DNA from: the human T2T-CHM13v2.0 reference genome, Homo sapiens
Strand: one strand, 5' to 3'
Length of the DNA: 64,000 nucleotides
Assembly (NCBI RefSeq): GCF_009914755.1
Contig: NC_060927.1
The translations under genes were made by a program, and so were the position numbers. The notes beneath the pieces were generated by a model, which was not told the DNA's origin, did not search any database, and worked only from the letters and a program-made list of their open reading frames with translations. Every line of letters starts with the position of its first letter. Position 1 is the stretch's first letter. Positions 33,551-47,500 of this stretch are shown here, one piece after another.

Positions 33551-33865
33551 TTATTATCATTATTATTATTATTATTATTACTTTAGATAGGATCTGGCTC
33601 TGTAACCCAGGATGGAATACAGTGGCACAATCTAGGCTCACCGCACTGTCTGCCTCATGGGCTCAAGCCATCCTTGCACCCCATACTCTGGAGAAGCTGG
33701 GACTACAGGTGTGCATCACCACACCCAGCTAATTTTTGTATTTTTTGTAGAGATGGAGTTTTGCCATGTTGCCCAAGCTGGTCTTGAACTTCTGAGCTCA
33801 AGCAATCCACCCGCCTCAGCCACCCAAAGTGCTGGCATTACAGGCATGACCCACCACTCCCATCC
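33551..33865 (-). mobile_element. AluJ with an (ATT)n tail, inserted in the provirus
   Basis: Reverse-orientation Alu whose tail has become (att)n. Confidence 0.92.
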
Positions 33866-34848
33866 TATTAAAGTAAGACAATTACATTTTCTTTTCATAA
33901 AAAATGGTAAATGCAAATACCAGTTTGGGAAATTCAGTATGAGGATAAATGGCCTACTTTTGCTTAAATACTACACAACAAAATGGGAACAGAGTAAGAA
34001 AAAGCACACAATACTTTCTTTACAGCTACTTAAAAGAGTATTATCCCAAAATTCCAAGATTGGTTTCCAGATATAGTATTGAAAACTTCTTAGTTTATTT
34101 TTACCACTAGAACCTTCAAACCAGTGCAACACTTGTACATATTTTGTTTACAAAAGTGCACACATGAAGGCCCATCTGTGATAAAAGACTCAGGATAAAA
34201 ATCATTAGTAAGTCTAACTTTTTAAATTATGATTTAATCCAAGTGAATGTCACTTAATTTTAATAATGGTAGACACAACTAAAGTAGTTTGAAAGAAATT
34301 CCAGTCAATATAATTTTCTTAAGAACAAGGCCAATCGTTCCTGAAGATTAGAACCTTGTAGCCATATCATGTTTTTTTCCTCATTACCTAAAGGAAAAGA
34401 TCCTTTCCTTTAAACTTTCATGGGTATATTAGAACTTTGTGCCCATATCACAGTTTTTCTCGTTACCTAAAAAGATTTTTTCCAATTAAATTTCAATTGA
34501 ATTGAATTACCTTGGAAAAACACCATTTAAACATTTCTACTCTCATTTACATTTCAGAATAGCAAAATGAATAATGTACTATCTCTGTTTAAAATTTGTA
34601 AAAATGAGTGTTTAATTTTTTGGCCAGAAATCTCAAAGCTCTTATAGCTCTCTTAATTATCAGAGCTAAGTAATATCAATCCAATTTTAAATGACTGTTA
34701 CGCTCTATCATTTTCGGAGGCTTGAAAGGTAGCTTAAGAATTTTACATAAATAGAGCAAATAATTAATTACTGGAAATGCATAGGAAACAAAATGACTAT
34801 TCATAGAACCAAATACAAACATTCCATTAGAAAGTAAAAAAATTAATG

Positions 34849-34851
<3 letters not shown>

Positions 34852-34899
<48 letters not shown>

Positions 34900-34902
34900 A
34901 TG
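34852..34902. repeat. (TA)n microsatellite
   Basis: About 20 perfect TA units followed by TATG units. Confidence 0.95.
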
Positions 34903-37305
34903 TAAAATTTAAAGAACAAACAGCAAATAAATGAAAATTAGAAGCACAAACAAACAGGAAACAAACCCAAAATATTCTCCTATTGAGTTTACCTTGGAGG
35001 CTACACTACTATCAAGAGCCTTTAAAAAAGCACAAGGTGAATATTTTGTTCCTGGTATACAAATTAATATCCTTAAGTCCACCAATACCACTATAGATTT
35101 TGTGCAATTATGAAATTCACTTCAGGCATCTGATCAGTAAGTACTTCACTGCTAGTACTATCTATGTGAAATAGCAGATAGAGTGTGAAACAAAGCAATG
35201 CAAGCACTTATATGAAATTTGGATCCACGTTAAATCTGGCTTCATGCATAACTGTATTAGAATTGCCAAATTGCCAGTTTTTTCTTTACAATATTTATTT
35301 TACTTTTATCAAGACTAAGTGCTTTAACTATGAACAATGGTAATTAGCAAATTTCTTTAATTTTCTAACAGCTTTTAAAGAATATTTTACTATTTAAACG
35401 TGTGCAATTTTCTATTTTCTCTGTATGTGCATGAAGATAGACACACAAAAACAGAAAAGAAAAAGTACATATGCCTTGCACACACCATCTATAACATGCT
35501 TGGACTTTCTGTTTTGTCCTAGGACAAAAATTTACCATACAAGTTTCTCATACACAATGATTCTTGTTTTTAAATAATCTTCTTTACAAAAAATACATCT
35601 GCATATTTATAATTTTCTTCACATCTCTTTCCCCTACTTACTGGTTCCTTTCTACCTTATTTCATAAATGACTTTTCCAAGTCCATTATTTGAGTTAATA
35701 TTTAGATAACTTTTGAAGTAGACAAAATTAGTCTTTTTCTCAATAAGAACATATCTTTTTGGCACATTTTACATACCAAGTTATACATTAACTACAATTC
35801 TTGTTCTTAGTAACCTTAAATTTTCCATAAAAACCTAGGAAGCAAGAAATACTGAACTATCAGATATTAGCATTTTATATATAAGAGCATTCCACAATTT
35901 TGAAAATGACCCAGATATCCAAGGAGCATCAAAAATAATTTAAAAATTTTTAATTGCATTTATTCCATCTACATATCATTCATATTTAGCAGCTTATCTA
36001 GATTACATAAGAGAACTGACATATTAGACAAAGCTGGTCATCATTTCCTTGTTAACCATTTTATAACCTGTGAATATCAGATGTTCACCTAAGTAGGAAC
36101 GTGAAATTTAACTACCTGGGTATTTTCACAGATAACACAGAAGATTCTGCTGTTTTCATTAAGCCAACAACATTAAATTAGTCTTACTTATCAAAAAAAG
36201 TCACACAAAGGTCATTTTGTTTTGGCTGGGTTTATAGTTTTATAACCTTCTATGCCAAGCCCTCACACTTCAAAATATCTAGCAGAGACAAACCTAAACC
36301 ATGTATGTATACTGATGATTCTAAAAACATTCCTATTTTTATCTTACCAACAATTTTAATGTCTTGAAAATTGACTGGACTTATTTCCTGAATTTATGAG
36401 TGCTTTTTTATTTATAAGTTAATTTGGTAGTCACAACATATAATAAATGTATGTAAACAAAAATACATCTAAATATGTATACACCCAGAAAGATCCAGTA
36501 GCTTTTACCTTGGAACTCTAGCCATGAGATAGCAATACAAACTCACCAGATGATGAACATGCTCACGTGGCTAAACTTTGCCTCCATAGGTAATCCAAAC
36601 AAAGCTGTGAACCAAAATTTTGGGTAAAGCAGTTTCCATGGCAGTTTGATTTTTAAAGGCCAAACCTCCCAAGACTCCAAAGAATACTCAGGCCAAACAA
36701 CACCACAGAAGGGCATCTTGTGTTAATCAGGCCCAACTCTGTTTTGAACAGCACATAAAAGACAGGAGAAACAAAATTCTATCCACTTTCTCATTTGGCA
36801 GCAAAATAAGACCCATGGAGAGGCCATACTTCTCCAGATTGCAAAGAATACAAAGCCAAACAGTATTATAAAATATTATCAGTTTATCAAATTCTGAGTT
36901 ATCTTGACTATATTGACATATAAACAATCACCAAAACACAATCCAACTGCTGCAGTAACCATCAAGCACCAAGAGGTTCCAAACTGAAACAGTTGGGCTG
37001 CTTTCCTCTCTCAATTGGTTGGGCTTGTTCAACCTGCAAATGGAGAATTTCCCAAATGGAGAATTTCCCAAATGGAGAGAAGCAGATCCTACTGTCTGGT
37101 ACCCACAAGTGACATTCACCAGACCAGATGCAGATGACAAATTCCAAAGGCTGTTCTTGCTAGGCAATCAGGAACTTGGTTGGGGATGGGAGTGGCAGGA
37201 TAAGAAAGAGATCAAAATCCACCTCCAGCCAAAAAAGGGTCAGGTAGCTGCTCAAGAGGGCTTCTCAATCTCCTGTCCCATGGCAGCCAAGCTACAAGCA
37301 ACATG

Positions 37306-37323
37306 TTCCCAGTCAAGGAACCA
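37306..37323 (-). other. Primer-binding site for tRNA-Glu
   Basis: Reverse complement tggttccttgactgggaa vs canonical Glu PBS TGGTTCCCTGACCGGGAA (2 mismatches), 5 nt from the 5' LTR. Confidence 0.8.
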
Positions 37324-39932
37324 AAATCTGTTACCAAAACACCAGGTATTTGGTCTAGGTGTGCTGCTCACCATACAGAAAGACAATCACTGAGACAACG
37401 AGTATTGCCAGGGAAGAAGGCATTAATCAGTTGCTGCAGCTTATGAGATAGGAGATCAGTCTCAAATCCATCTTCCTGACCAACAAAAATTGGGATTTAT
37501 ATAGTGGGAAGGAATGTAACTACAAGCAGGTAAACAAGAAATAGGAAAGAATAAGTAAATCATGAGGGATAAAGGGTCTGGCTTCTACTTGTCTGGATGT
37601 TGTGATCTGGTGAGTTTCAGTCCCTTGATATTATCTGGGAGGCCTGTGGGCCAGTTTCCTGAGGAAGGTACTCAGATAAGACAAATATTAGTTTAAAGCT
37701 TTAAGACTAGGAGGGTCAATTTCTATGTTTGTTTTAAAAGACTGTAAACATCAGTTCTCTAGGACAATTGGGTTGGTTTCACTATGAGGGTAGCCATTTG
37801 TTCAGAGTTCCTCAGAACTGGTCATGTACTCTCCCTCCTTGATAATGCTTGTGAGTAGAACTAATTGAGTCTAGGAACTTCTTTTGCACCATCCTCAAAT
37901 CCAGACTCAGTCTTCTGGGACTCTGTGTATGAGACATTAAGTTAGTTCATCCTAAGTCAATGAAGGAAGATGCTTAGAGATACGTCTTCTCAACTAACTT
38001 GCATACGACTTCAGTTCACTCTCCTTTCCTTTTATTTCTGGACCTGAGGTATCTTCTTAGTCAGTATACTCCAAAATATAATCATTTTTATATTGGATAT
38101 AATCTATTATAATCCAAGTGCTCCTCTATATCTCTTATGAGTCTTGTGGTCTAATTGCCTTTCATGTCCTTTAAAGAATTGGGTTCTGTTAAACTACAAA
38201 TAAAAATTTATACAAACAGAATTCAAATGTGAGGTTTACCACTTTTGGTATCATAATGGACTCTTTAATATTAATAATCATTCTTGGGGTGGAATAGAGA
38301 AAGACAGAGAAAAAGTCCCAAGAATGAACAAACAATACTATTAAAAAAAGAAATGGTAAATTTTAATATAGCTGCAAAAAAAAAGTTATTTCTTTTTAAA
38401 GGTTTAGGAAAAAGCACATTGTATTGTGATCTACCTTCATAATTTTACTACAGTAAATGTGAAATGATATTTTCATGATTCTCCTCTTTTCAAGCACTTA
38501 GTAAAATGAATATATTTTGAATCTCAATTCAAAGGAAATCTTCACTAGTCCCATTGAGGCAATCTGGCTGATCAGCAACATTTGGTGCAAATAGTAATCA
38601 AGCTTAAAAATTATGCAAAACATTCTTCACTTCTCAAGAATTTCACTGAATTATTTAAAACTCAGTGGTGGAAACAAGCAGCAGCTGTGGTGTGAAGGGA
38701 GTGGGGATTTGCAACGAGGCACAAAGGATTGGAATGCTCAGTAAGTATAACTCATGTAGTTGCACATCCTTTCTCTAGCTAGACCCTGGTAAAATCATGC
38801 TGAAATCTAACTGTGCAACACACATCATTTACCCAAAAAGGATTTTTTTTTTTGTTTTCAAGTAAAAGTGTTTGTCACAGTATCTTGCCATCTGCTTAAA
38901 ACTTTCAAGCAATATTACATAACTCCATCTCATTTGTATGGGCTGTGTATTGACGTGATGTTAACTGCATAATGTGTTAATGGCTGAAATGTATAGCAAT
39001 GGCATAGACCCAAATGGCACCAAAGCAAGAATCAGCATTATACTCTTCCCAAAAGATTGTCACTTTGTGGAAAACAGTGTATGATAAGTTAGACAACAAA
39101 AATAAAATAATAAAGAAGAAAGCAAAAACAAAAGCAAAAAACTTAAGGAGTTATTGTAAAGCTAAATATTACTTTCAGTTATATCGAGAATATAGTAGAG
39201 ATGGCAGAGACTTGGCTGTCTTGACACATTCTTTGTTGCATAGCAATCAGTAACAAAATTCCATAAGATAAACACATGTAACTATAGTGATGTTTCTGCT
39301 TTTGCTTCTATCAAAATCCCAAGTTAGACAGAAAAAGATGAAGGTGAGTAGAAATGCATATTGACCTGTTTGCCACACTTATGTTACTCTATTGGCCTAT
39401 GATCTTGAGAGCCACCTATCAATTATACTTTCAACAGGATGATAATAGGCTAATGTCTTTGCTATTTCTTCAGACCATCGCACACTCTCTCCAAAAGTAG
39501 ATAACATTTCTATGATTCACATTTTTGTCTCAAGTTAGAAGATACGTTAAATCAACTGGGTGTATATTTATAAAAATTTTATTATACAGTCTTGGAACTT
39601 TGAGATAACCAGAAGAGTAAAACATGGACCCTCTCTAAAAAGAATTTAAAATCTTGTTTGTAAATATGTGTGATTTAGCAAACCAGACACCTGCAGCTAT
39701 TGACCATTAAAGAATGCCCATGTTGCACATAAATTTAATGATAATAAACATTTCAAAATTTAAACTTTTGAGTAATATATATTAAAACTGATAGAAAGGA
39801 ATATATTTTCCTTGTTGATATGTTAGGAAATGCATTCTTCTGTGAATAGGTATAAACATGTCCAAAAGGTGAGGATTCTTTTCAAGCCTCCTTATACATT
39901 GGGGACGAAGAGGAGATAAAAATAGTCAAGGT

Positions 39933-40250
<318 letters not shown>

Positions 40251-41099
40251 TTACTCCATTAATTTGAGAAGAAAAATTAAAAGACGTTTCTCCTGGCCTG
40301 AGTATGACTTGCCAAACAACTTCTTGCTTTGTGGATTCTCTCTCTTAATGGAGGAGACAAAAAAAAATGAGCAGTTGAGAGAATGAATAAGAAAGGAAAT
40401 TATTATTGGAAAGAAAGTAGGCATCTTGGACATCTTAAATGGAAATAAAGAGAAGAAAGCGGGAAGACCTGGTTGCAAAGAGAGCTTCAGAGAGATCATA
40501 AGAATTGGTAAAGCTGAGCTCAACAGTAACTTACTTAGCTCTATCCCAAAGATAGTCAGTTAAATAAAGAGGCTCACAGGATGCATTTTCTCTCTCTTTC
40601 ATGCTTTTCTTTTTCAAGGAAGCGCCTCTATTATATGTTGTCTCACAGAGCATGTGGTTAGTCATATTCCAAGTAATTTTGCTTGAAATAATATGGTTTT
40701 ATTGAAAACACGAGCAGGAAACAAGAAGTGTTTATGTCTCAGATGAGGATTGTCATAAACATTTTGCACAATTTCACTGTATGACGTGTCTACTCTAAGT
40801 GTATGTGACATTCTAAATTGCCTGTGGGAAAGCATGAGACCAAAGAGAAATTAAAGTAATTCCTAAACTAGAGGGAAAGCCTAAGCCTTTACTCATTTTA
40901 TTTTACATTGTGAATAAAATAGCTTGCTGTCTTTTAAACTTCTAAAGCCACAGTGATAGCGATATTTTTATTTTTTATCTTTATACACTTAAAGTGTGTT
41001 CTTTTTAACATTTCAAAAAGAAAGAGTTATAGAGGGCAGAGTTGTGGAAAAAGTATTTATATTGATATAGTATGCTAAAATTTGCAGATTACTTTTACA

Positions 41100-41280
41100 C
41101 GCATAACATAGTTTAATAATTATAATCACCGTATAAGTTAGTATTAACGTCTTAGTTTTACTGATGATAACGGAAGAGATTAAATTATTTGCCCAAGGTA
41201 TCCTAAATAAATACTGGCAAAGTCTGGATATAACCCAGCGCTTCTGACTCCATGTTTGATAGTTTTTCTACCACAATGTG
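41100..41280 (-). mobile_element. MIR
   Basis: ttttactgatga...agagattaaattattttgcccaaggt...aacccagcgcttctgactcca. Confidence 0.6.
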
Positions 41281-41849
41281 TGCTATTTTGCTCCTTTCTG
41301 CCTTCGTTTCTCCACTCTCTTTTAAGCCATCAGTAACATCTGTTAACACTATTTTTCCCCCCTCTTTGCATGATTTGCCCTTTTTCATAGAGCAGACTCA
41401 TAAGTAGCAGATTGTTTTAATGTTCTGACCCTTAGCCAACTCAAACATGATACTAGTAGAGTAAACCTACACCTTCATTGATTCCTTGATGTATTTTACA
41501 TTAATAAGAATGCCAGAAGAGTCTCAGCAAAGCAGCTATCTGGCTAAATGAATTTAATTTTCCCTAAGGAAATAGACACAGTGAGATAGAACAAGCCTTA
41601 AAATCTTAGGCCACAGGGCTCATTAGACACATCCATACAAAACTGAAACTTTTCCTTATTTTTGTTCCTTTTTTTATTCTTCCTAAGTTCCCACATAGTA
41701 CTTCTCTCCAGATTTTGCTTTTATAGGTTGCTTCTATTTTTCACCCTTTTTCTTCCCAGATACCCATTTTGCTCTGTTTTTAATCTGTTTCTAAAATATA
41801 TTGTAGCTTTGCAAACTAATATATCACACTTTTTTATTGCATGGTCTCT

Positions 41850-43150
41850 TTTCCAGTCATTGATTCAGCAAATATTTGCTGTGTAGTCGAATTTGTGCTA
41901 TGCATTAGTGACAAAAACACGTTATCTTTTAAAAGTTATTTCAAGTCACTTTCCCTAATTTAGAGAGAAATATAAATGCAAGTTGTTGTGCAGCTTGTTA
42001 ATAGACAGTGTAAAAAGAGCTTCAGAAACAATGAGAGTGGCAGGAGGCAACCAAATGTCTGGTTAGATAGGGACGGGTCCCAGTGAAACCCCACCTCCAA
42101 GCTGAAGGCAGTTTAAAGCCTGAAAGCCAAGCCACAAGTTAAATCCTCAGACAGGCTTAAGAGCTTGTCTTCCTGTTTGGAGTGTTTTCCTCTGATTGGT
42201 CCTCATCCTTCACCTATTTTACACATACCTACCCTTTCCTAATTGGTTTTCTACATTGTCATGCCCACCTTTGAGTGGTGTCTTTGTCTTAAACTTTTTT
42301 TGCATACTCACATACCAATCAGCATGCACTCCCCATTCTAAGTTCATAAAAGGCCCCAGAACCCAACCACATGGGTGACTTTCCTGCCTTTGGGTAGGGA
42401 AACCAACTCCACATCCTCTCTCTGCTGAAAGCTGTTTTCATCACTCAATAAAATTCTTCTCTGCCTCCTCATCCTTCAATGTCCCCTGTATCCTCATTCT
42501 TCTTGGGTGCAATATAAGAGCTTAGGAACTGCCAAATGCAGGTTCAAACTATAACACAGGTGAGCTGGGGCACGCCAGCGTGACCAACTGAGGTCCTGGT
42601 GGGGTGTTGTGGCCAGGGGTCCCTGGCTTACAAAGTGACCAAGAAGAAAAATCCTACATCAACAGTAAAGGGAATTTATTAAAGGGAAGATGGATGTGGA
42701 TGAGGTGTTACGAGGATTAGCATTTGAACTGACCATAAAGGTAGAATTGGGAGATTGCAAAAATGTGGCACTCCAGAGAGAGGCAGCACAATAAGTAAAG
42801 CCGGAGAACACAGAAGAGCATTATGATTTTAAACGATGACTGAACTATACATTTTTGGAAGTGACAGAAGACAAAGTCCAAAGGGTATGTAAGAGCCAGA
42901 TTGCAAACATACTTTATGGCACATCAAGAAGCAAATCATTTATCAATGTGGATACAGTAACAAAGTAAAAAGGATCTACTTAAGGATTTTTTTAAAGGAA
43001 ATAACATAATTAGCTATACATATTGAAAAGGTGGATTGGTGCCAGTGGAGAGGATGAATTGGTGAAGGGGAGAGCTAGGAGGCAGAAGAAAAAAGTTAGG
43101 AAGTAGTTATATCCAGTTATGTCATGATGAGAATTTTAACTATGGCAGAA
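41850..43150 (-). mobile_element. L2 relic interrupted by an LTR
   Basis: cattgattcagcaaatatttg...tgtgctatgcat, resuming after 42661 with ttgaactgacc...agagccagattg...gttaggaagtagtt. Confidence 0.55.
42032..42661 (+). mobile_element. ERV1 solo LTR (LTR9/LTR27-type)
   Basis: TG...CA ends, TSD-like acaa/acag, CCAAT box (ccaatcag), TATA-like cataaaagg and poly(A) signal aataaa in order. Confidence 0.8.
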
Positions 43151-44284
43151 GCTAAAGATAAGCATTAGATCACTTTCATTTTAAGGAAACTAAAGTGTGT
43201 GTAATATACTTGAAGAACACAGAAGACAATATTGTTGATTCTGACAGGGGAAAGGTTGGGTTCAAAGAAAAAGTCACAGGCTATAGGAAACTTATAATTC
43301 AGTAGGATTATCAAAGTGAATGACTGCCACTCTGAATGGCATTATATTGATGGAGGAGAAAATGTGGTGAAGTTGTTCTGAAGATGGAGATGTCATGTGT
43401 CACCTAGGATAATAATTGATAGGAAAGGTGACATTTGCAGGTGGTAAAACAACTGCGAGTCAGAAATTCTTGGTTTCTGGAGGAAAACCTCTCAGTGGAG
43501 AGAGATTGCATTCTCTTGTGCAAATTCTCAAACCCAAAGGGAAACTGACATTTTATCACTGTCTAAAAGACACACCAAGGCTAAAACATATTAGCTGATG
43601 CATTAGAGCTTAGTGGTATCAGCAGCTAAACTTCCAAGAGTTTGGAATCCTCAGAGTTCTCTCCTGAAGGGAGATGGCAGTTTGTACCTTCTTTCAGACA
43701 GGAACCACGGAATACACATTATTCATTTAAGGACGAGACCAAACATGGAGATTATAAAGACATTCAAGCAGATAATTCAAGATTCTTACCCTGCCCCCCC
43801 AAAAAAACTAGCTCTCAAGGGTCACTAAGAGAGAAATCTGTAAAATATCTTAAAGCATTTCAGGAGGTAGCTGCCAATGTAGAAGCTGAAAATGATATTG
43901 CTGGGATAATCATGTCAAAAAGTAGACTCCTGCAGAGAACTCACTGAGGCAAAAGCAAAACAGATGTGTTTGACAAGTTGGAAAATGGCAGCAAAAGAAT
44001 AAAACATTAAATTTGTAAATTTATATAAAAATCAACTTCCCTAAGCGTTTTCCATTAAGTATTTCTGAGTAAAGTAAAAGAACTTCTTAGAAAGAAAAAT
44101 GACATTGTATTTTTAAGGGCTTAGGACAAAAATAATTAAATAAATGAAACTAGTTTAAAATCATAGACTTTAGGTATTAAAACTTTCCTTAGCATCATTT
44201 AGTCTACCAATATGGAGAGTAGAAATATTACTAGAACCCATATATATGACCAGAAGAAAAAATTAAATGGAGCAGGGAAGAAAG

Positions 44285-44437
44285 CCGATATGTATTAAAT
44301 AGCTACTATGGCCTGAACACTTTACTAGATGTTTTTACGTATGTTTTCTCATTTAATCTTCATAGAAGTCATGTAAAATAGAAATTATTCTCCCTATTAC
44401 ATAGGGAATGTGACTGAAGCTGAGAGAGGTTAAGTAA
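44285..44437 (-). mobile_element. MIR
   Basis: ctcatttaatcttcata...attattctccctattacataggg...actgaagctgagagaggttaagtaa. Confidence 0.75.
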
Positions 44438-45433
44438 ATGTATTTATTTATATAGCTATCTTGTTCCAGAAAAGATTTCAAGTGTATAAGAGTGATTAAA
44501 AATACTTACAGTATGGTAAAAACTACACCAATTTTAAAGTGGTCAGACGAATGCTAAAAATAATCATATCAAGCAAAAAATACATAAAACTACATTATTC
44601 AATAAATCTAAAAATGGTTTAGTTGAATACATCTCTGTGATAAGGACAAATAAATATGATGCTTCCCCTTTTTATGGCTCCAATCCTAACCAGAGAATTC
44701 TTTTTCAGAATTTCTAGAAAAGTTTCATTAACTATAGAAAATCCTCTAGTTCTTTGTTCAGTAAGTTCTTGTGGGCATCTAGGATTCAGTAAGAAAGTCA
44801 AAGCAGTACTTTCAGGTATGGCTACTACCTAATAGTACACATAAAGCTAGCTGCATTTTGTAAACCAGGTTTCAACAGGATTTGTGAGAAGAGTATGGTT
44901 GAAGGTTTGGTTGATGGGAAATTATATCTGGCTTTAGAGAAATACAAATTCTGCCTAGAATATGCAGGAAATATTAAGAAAAAAAATATTGCTAATTTTA
45001 GGAGTCATCTGTGTCCAATTCATGCATGGAAAAGAAATAATAGACTATGACTTAGGGAATGTTAAATAAGTTGTAAGACTGGATACACACCCCCCCCCCA
45101 CAAACACACGTATGTATAGCCATATAAAAAAGAGAGACTTACTCCTTGAATTTTATCTGAAATTGTACGTCAAAGGAAAGAGCTTCAATAGATCCACTCT
45201 GGGATTATGGGAGAAGAGTCTTAGATTAATAAAGTTAGGTGAGGGGTACCAGAATAAAATAAAACCGAGGGCATAGATGAGCTGAGTAAACCCGAGGCAA
45301 AAATATGTCTTTTTTAGGGGAGCCTGTAATGAATACTAGATTATGTTCCTGACTGGCTGCCTCCACAAATATTTAGCCAATAATTTCCTGGAGGGATCCT
45401 ATATCAAGGGTGAAATTAAAAAAAAAACTCTCC

Positions 45434-45575
45434 AGTGTATAATTTACAATATCTAGTATATATATATACACACATACACATACATATATACATATATACA
45501 TATATAGTACATATATACATATATAGTACATACATATATATGTATATATATACTAGATATTGCAAATTATACACT
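45434..45575. repeat. Inverted repeat with arms of about 33 bp around a TA/CA microsatellite
   Basis: agtgtataatttacaatatctagtatatatata ... tatatatatactagatattgcaaattatacact, 1 mismatch. Confidence 0.9.
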
Positions 45576-45619
45576 ATTATATATATATAGTATTGAAATA
45601 CAAAGAAACAATACAATTA

Positions 45620-46580
45620 AATCAGACTTTGATAACAATAGAATCTTCAAATATTTGGAAATATGCAACACATTTCTAAAGCCAAAAGTCAAAGAAGAAA
45701 TCACAACAGAAATTAGATTTTGCATTGAGTGATAATACAAATGCAACATATCAAAAATGATGAAAGGCCACTAAAGTAGGACATAGAGAAAAAAATTATA
45801 CCTTAAAATTCTATATTAGAAAAGAAAAAAGGTTTAAAATCAATGTCTTAGGCTTCCATCTTAAGCGGCTAGTTTAAAAGAGATTAAAGTAACACAATGG
45901 TAATAAATAAAAATAACAGGGAAAAACAATAAAAGTGAAAATAGAGAGAAAAACCAACAAATCAAAAGGTGGTTGTTTGAAAAGATTAAATTTATAAACA
46001 TCTAGGCAGATTAACCAAAAGAAAGAAAAAAAAACACAAATTGCCATTATCAAGTTAATAGAGGTGTCATTATCACAAACCTTAAAGACAATAAAAGGAT
46101 AAGGGAATATTATGAAAATTTTTATGCCAATAAATTTACATTTTTATGTCAAAGAATTCAGCAAATCCTTTGAGATAGCAACTTACCATAAACAATGTAA
46201 AATCTTCCCTGAAAGAAAAATTCAGCAACAAATAGTTTCACTAGTCTATTCTACCAGACGTGTAATGAAGAAATAATACAAATTCTGAACTTTTTTTGGA
46301 AAATCTAAAAGGAAGTAATACTTCCTAACTTGTTTTATGAGGCAAACAATCTGACAAGGACAGTAAAGGAAAAAGAGAGACAATAGCCATAAAGAAATAG
46401 AGAAAAAAAATGCTTAGAAAAATACCAGGAAAGCAAATTCAAAAATTCATAAGAAAGAAAATTCACCCAAATCAAGTGAGGTTTGGCACAAGAAAGCAAG
46501 AATAGTTTAATTTTCAAAATGAGTCAATGTAACTAATCACACTAAAAACTAAAGGAGAAAAACTATATGATGATTTTAAT
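45620..46580 (+). mobile_element. Old L1M ORF2 fragment
   Basis: caaagaagaaatcacaa...ctatattagaaaagaa...gtttgaaaagatta...tttatgccaataaatt...ttttatgaggca, a degenerate ORF2 with no open frame. Confidence 0.78.
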
Positions 46581-46813
46581 ATTAAATAAAATGCTAGGGG
46601 GAAAGAAGAAATTGTATATGAGGAAAATATTCCTACCATAATTCAGCAATTGATTGGAGCCTAAAAGATGACATTAAATATGGGAGTGAGAAGAAAGGGT
46701 GGTTTCACAATCTAAATAAAATATAACAAAAAAAAAATCTAGTAATGACTGAGGAGGTGGCAACTAAAACAATCATCCTCAATTGCTGTAAGAATTCAAA
46801 TAAACACAAAGTC

Positions 46814-47271
46814 TGTGAAAACTGTCAGAATTAAAATAGAGTCATTTGTATTAAAAAATAATAATAGTAATAAATAACCCTGACTAATAGAGCTTGGAAG
46901 ACTATAAAGAGAGGGCTCTCATGAACAAATGCTTGACTACAAGAATTATCACAAAAGACTGCAAAAACCAAAATCATGCACAAAGGCCATTATAACCTTA
47001 CACAAAAATTACTTCTGTGAGAACATGTGCCCAACAAATGCTTGTCTAACCCCAGGCTGGTGCCATCCTTGCTATTGATTCCTTTTAGCCAAAGATAATT
47101 GTACTCAAAATATTTACATAAGCCTCATTTTTTTCTTTAAAACCTTGTCTTCCTTTACTTCTCTGAAAACACAGTTTACTATGGGATGTGTATTCCCATT
47201 GCAATAACCTATTCCTGAATAAACACAATTTTCTTCTAAAGAGCTTCTCTCTATTGTTATTTAGGTTGACA
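46814..47271 (+). mobile_element. MER65-like ERV1 5' LTR
   Basis: tgtgaaaactgtcagaattaaaatagagtca...cacaaaagactgcaaaaacc...ttatttaggttgaca, followed by PBS-like tggtg. Confidence 0.82.
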
Positions 47272-47500
47272 TAAATGGTGCCCAGAGAATGATGTGAAAC
47301 AAATCACTCTGGGAAGGAATCAGCGATTTTTAGAACTGATGTGCAATATTCTCTTGAGCTCTTTGAGCTCTCTGTTTCCACATTTCACCTCTTCTGCCCT
47401 GGTGAGTCTTCTTTCAGGCTGAGCCTCCTTATTTTTTGGTAGAGGCTTTTTTTAACTTTGAGATTTGTTTTAGTTGTAAGGCAAACTTAATAAAGAACCT

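Larger units (their letters stand above)
31208..37781 (-). mobile_element. MER66-like (MER4-group ERV1) provirus with two LTRs and a non-coding internal region
   Basis: Direct-repeat LTRs at 31208-31765 and 37329-37781, both ending ...caattgggttggtttca. PBS next to the right LTR, purine tract (rc atttaaaggaggtgc) next to the left LTR. AT-rich MER4-group internal sequence. Confidence 0.88.

Noticed and set aside
43416-43947. Cluster of 60-101 aa ORFs in unique DNA
   Set aside because: Overlapping frames, non-ATG starts, no recognisable homology and no convincing splice pair.
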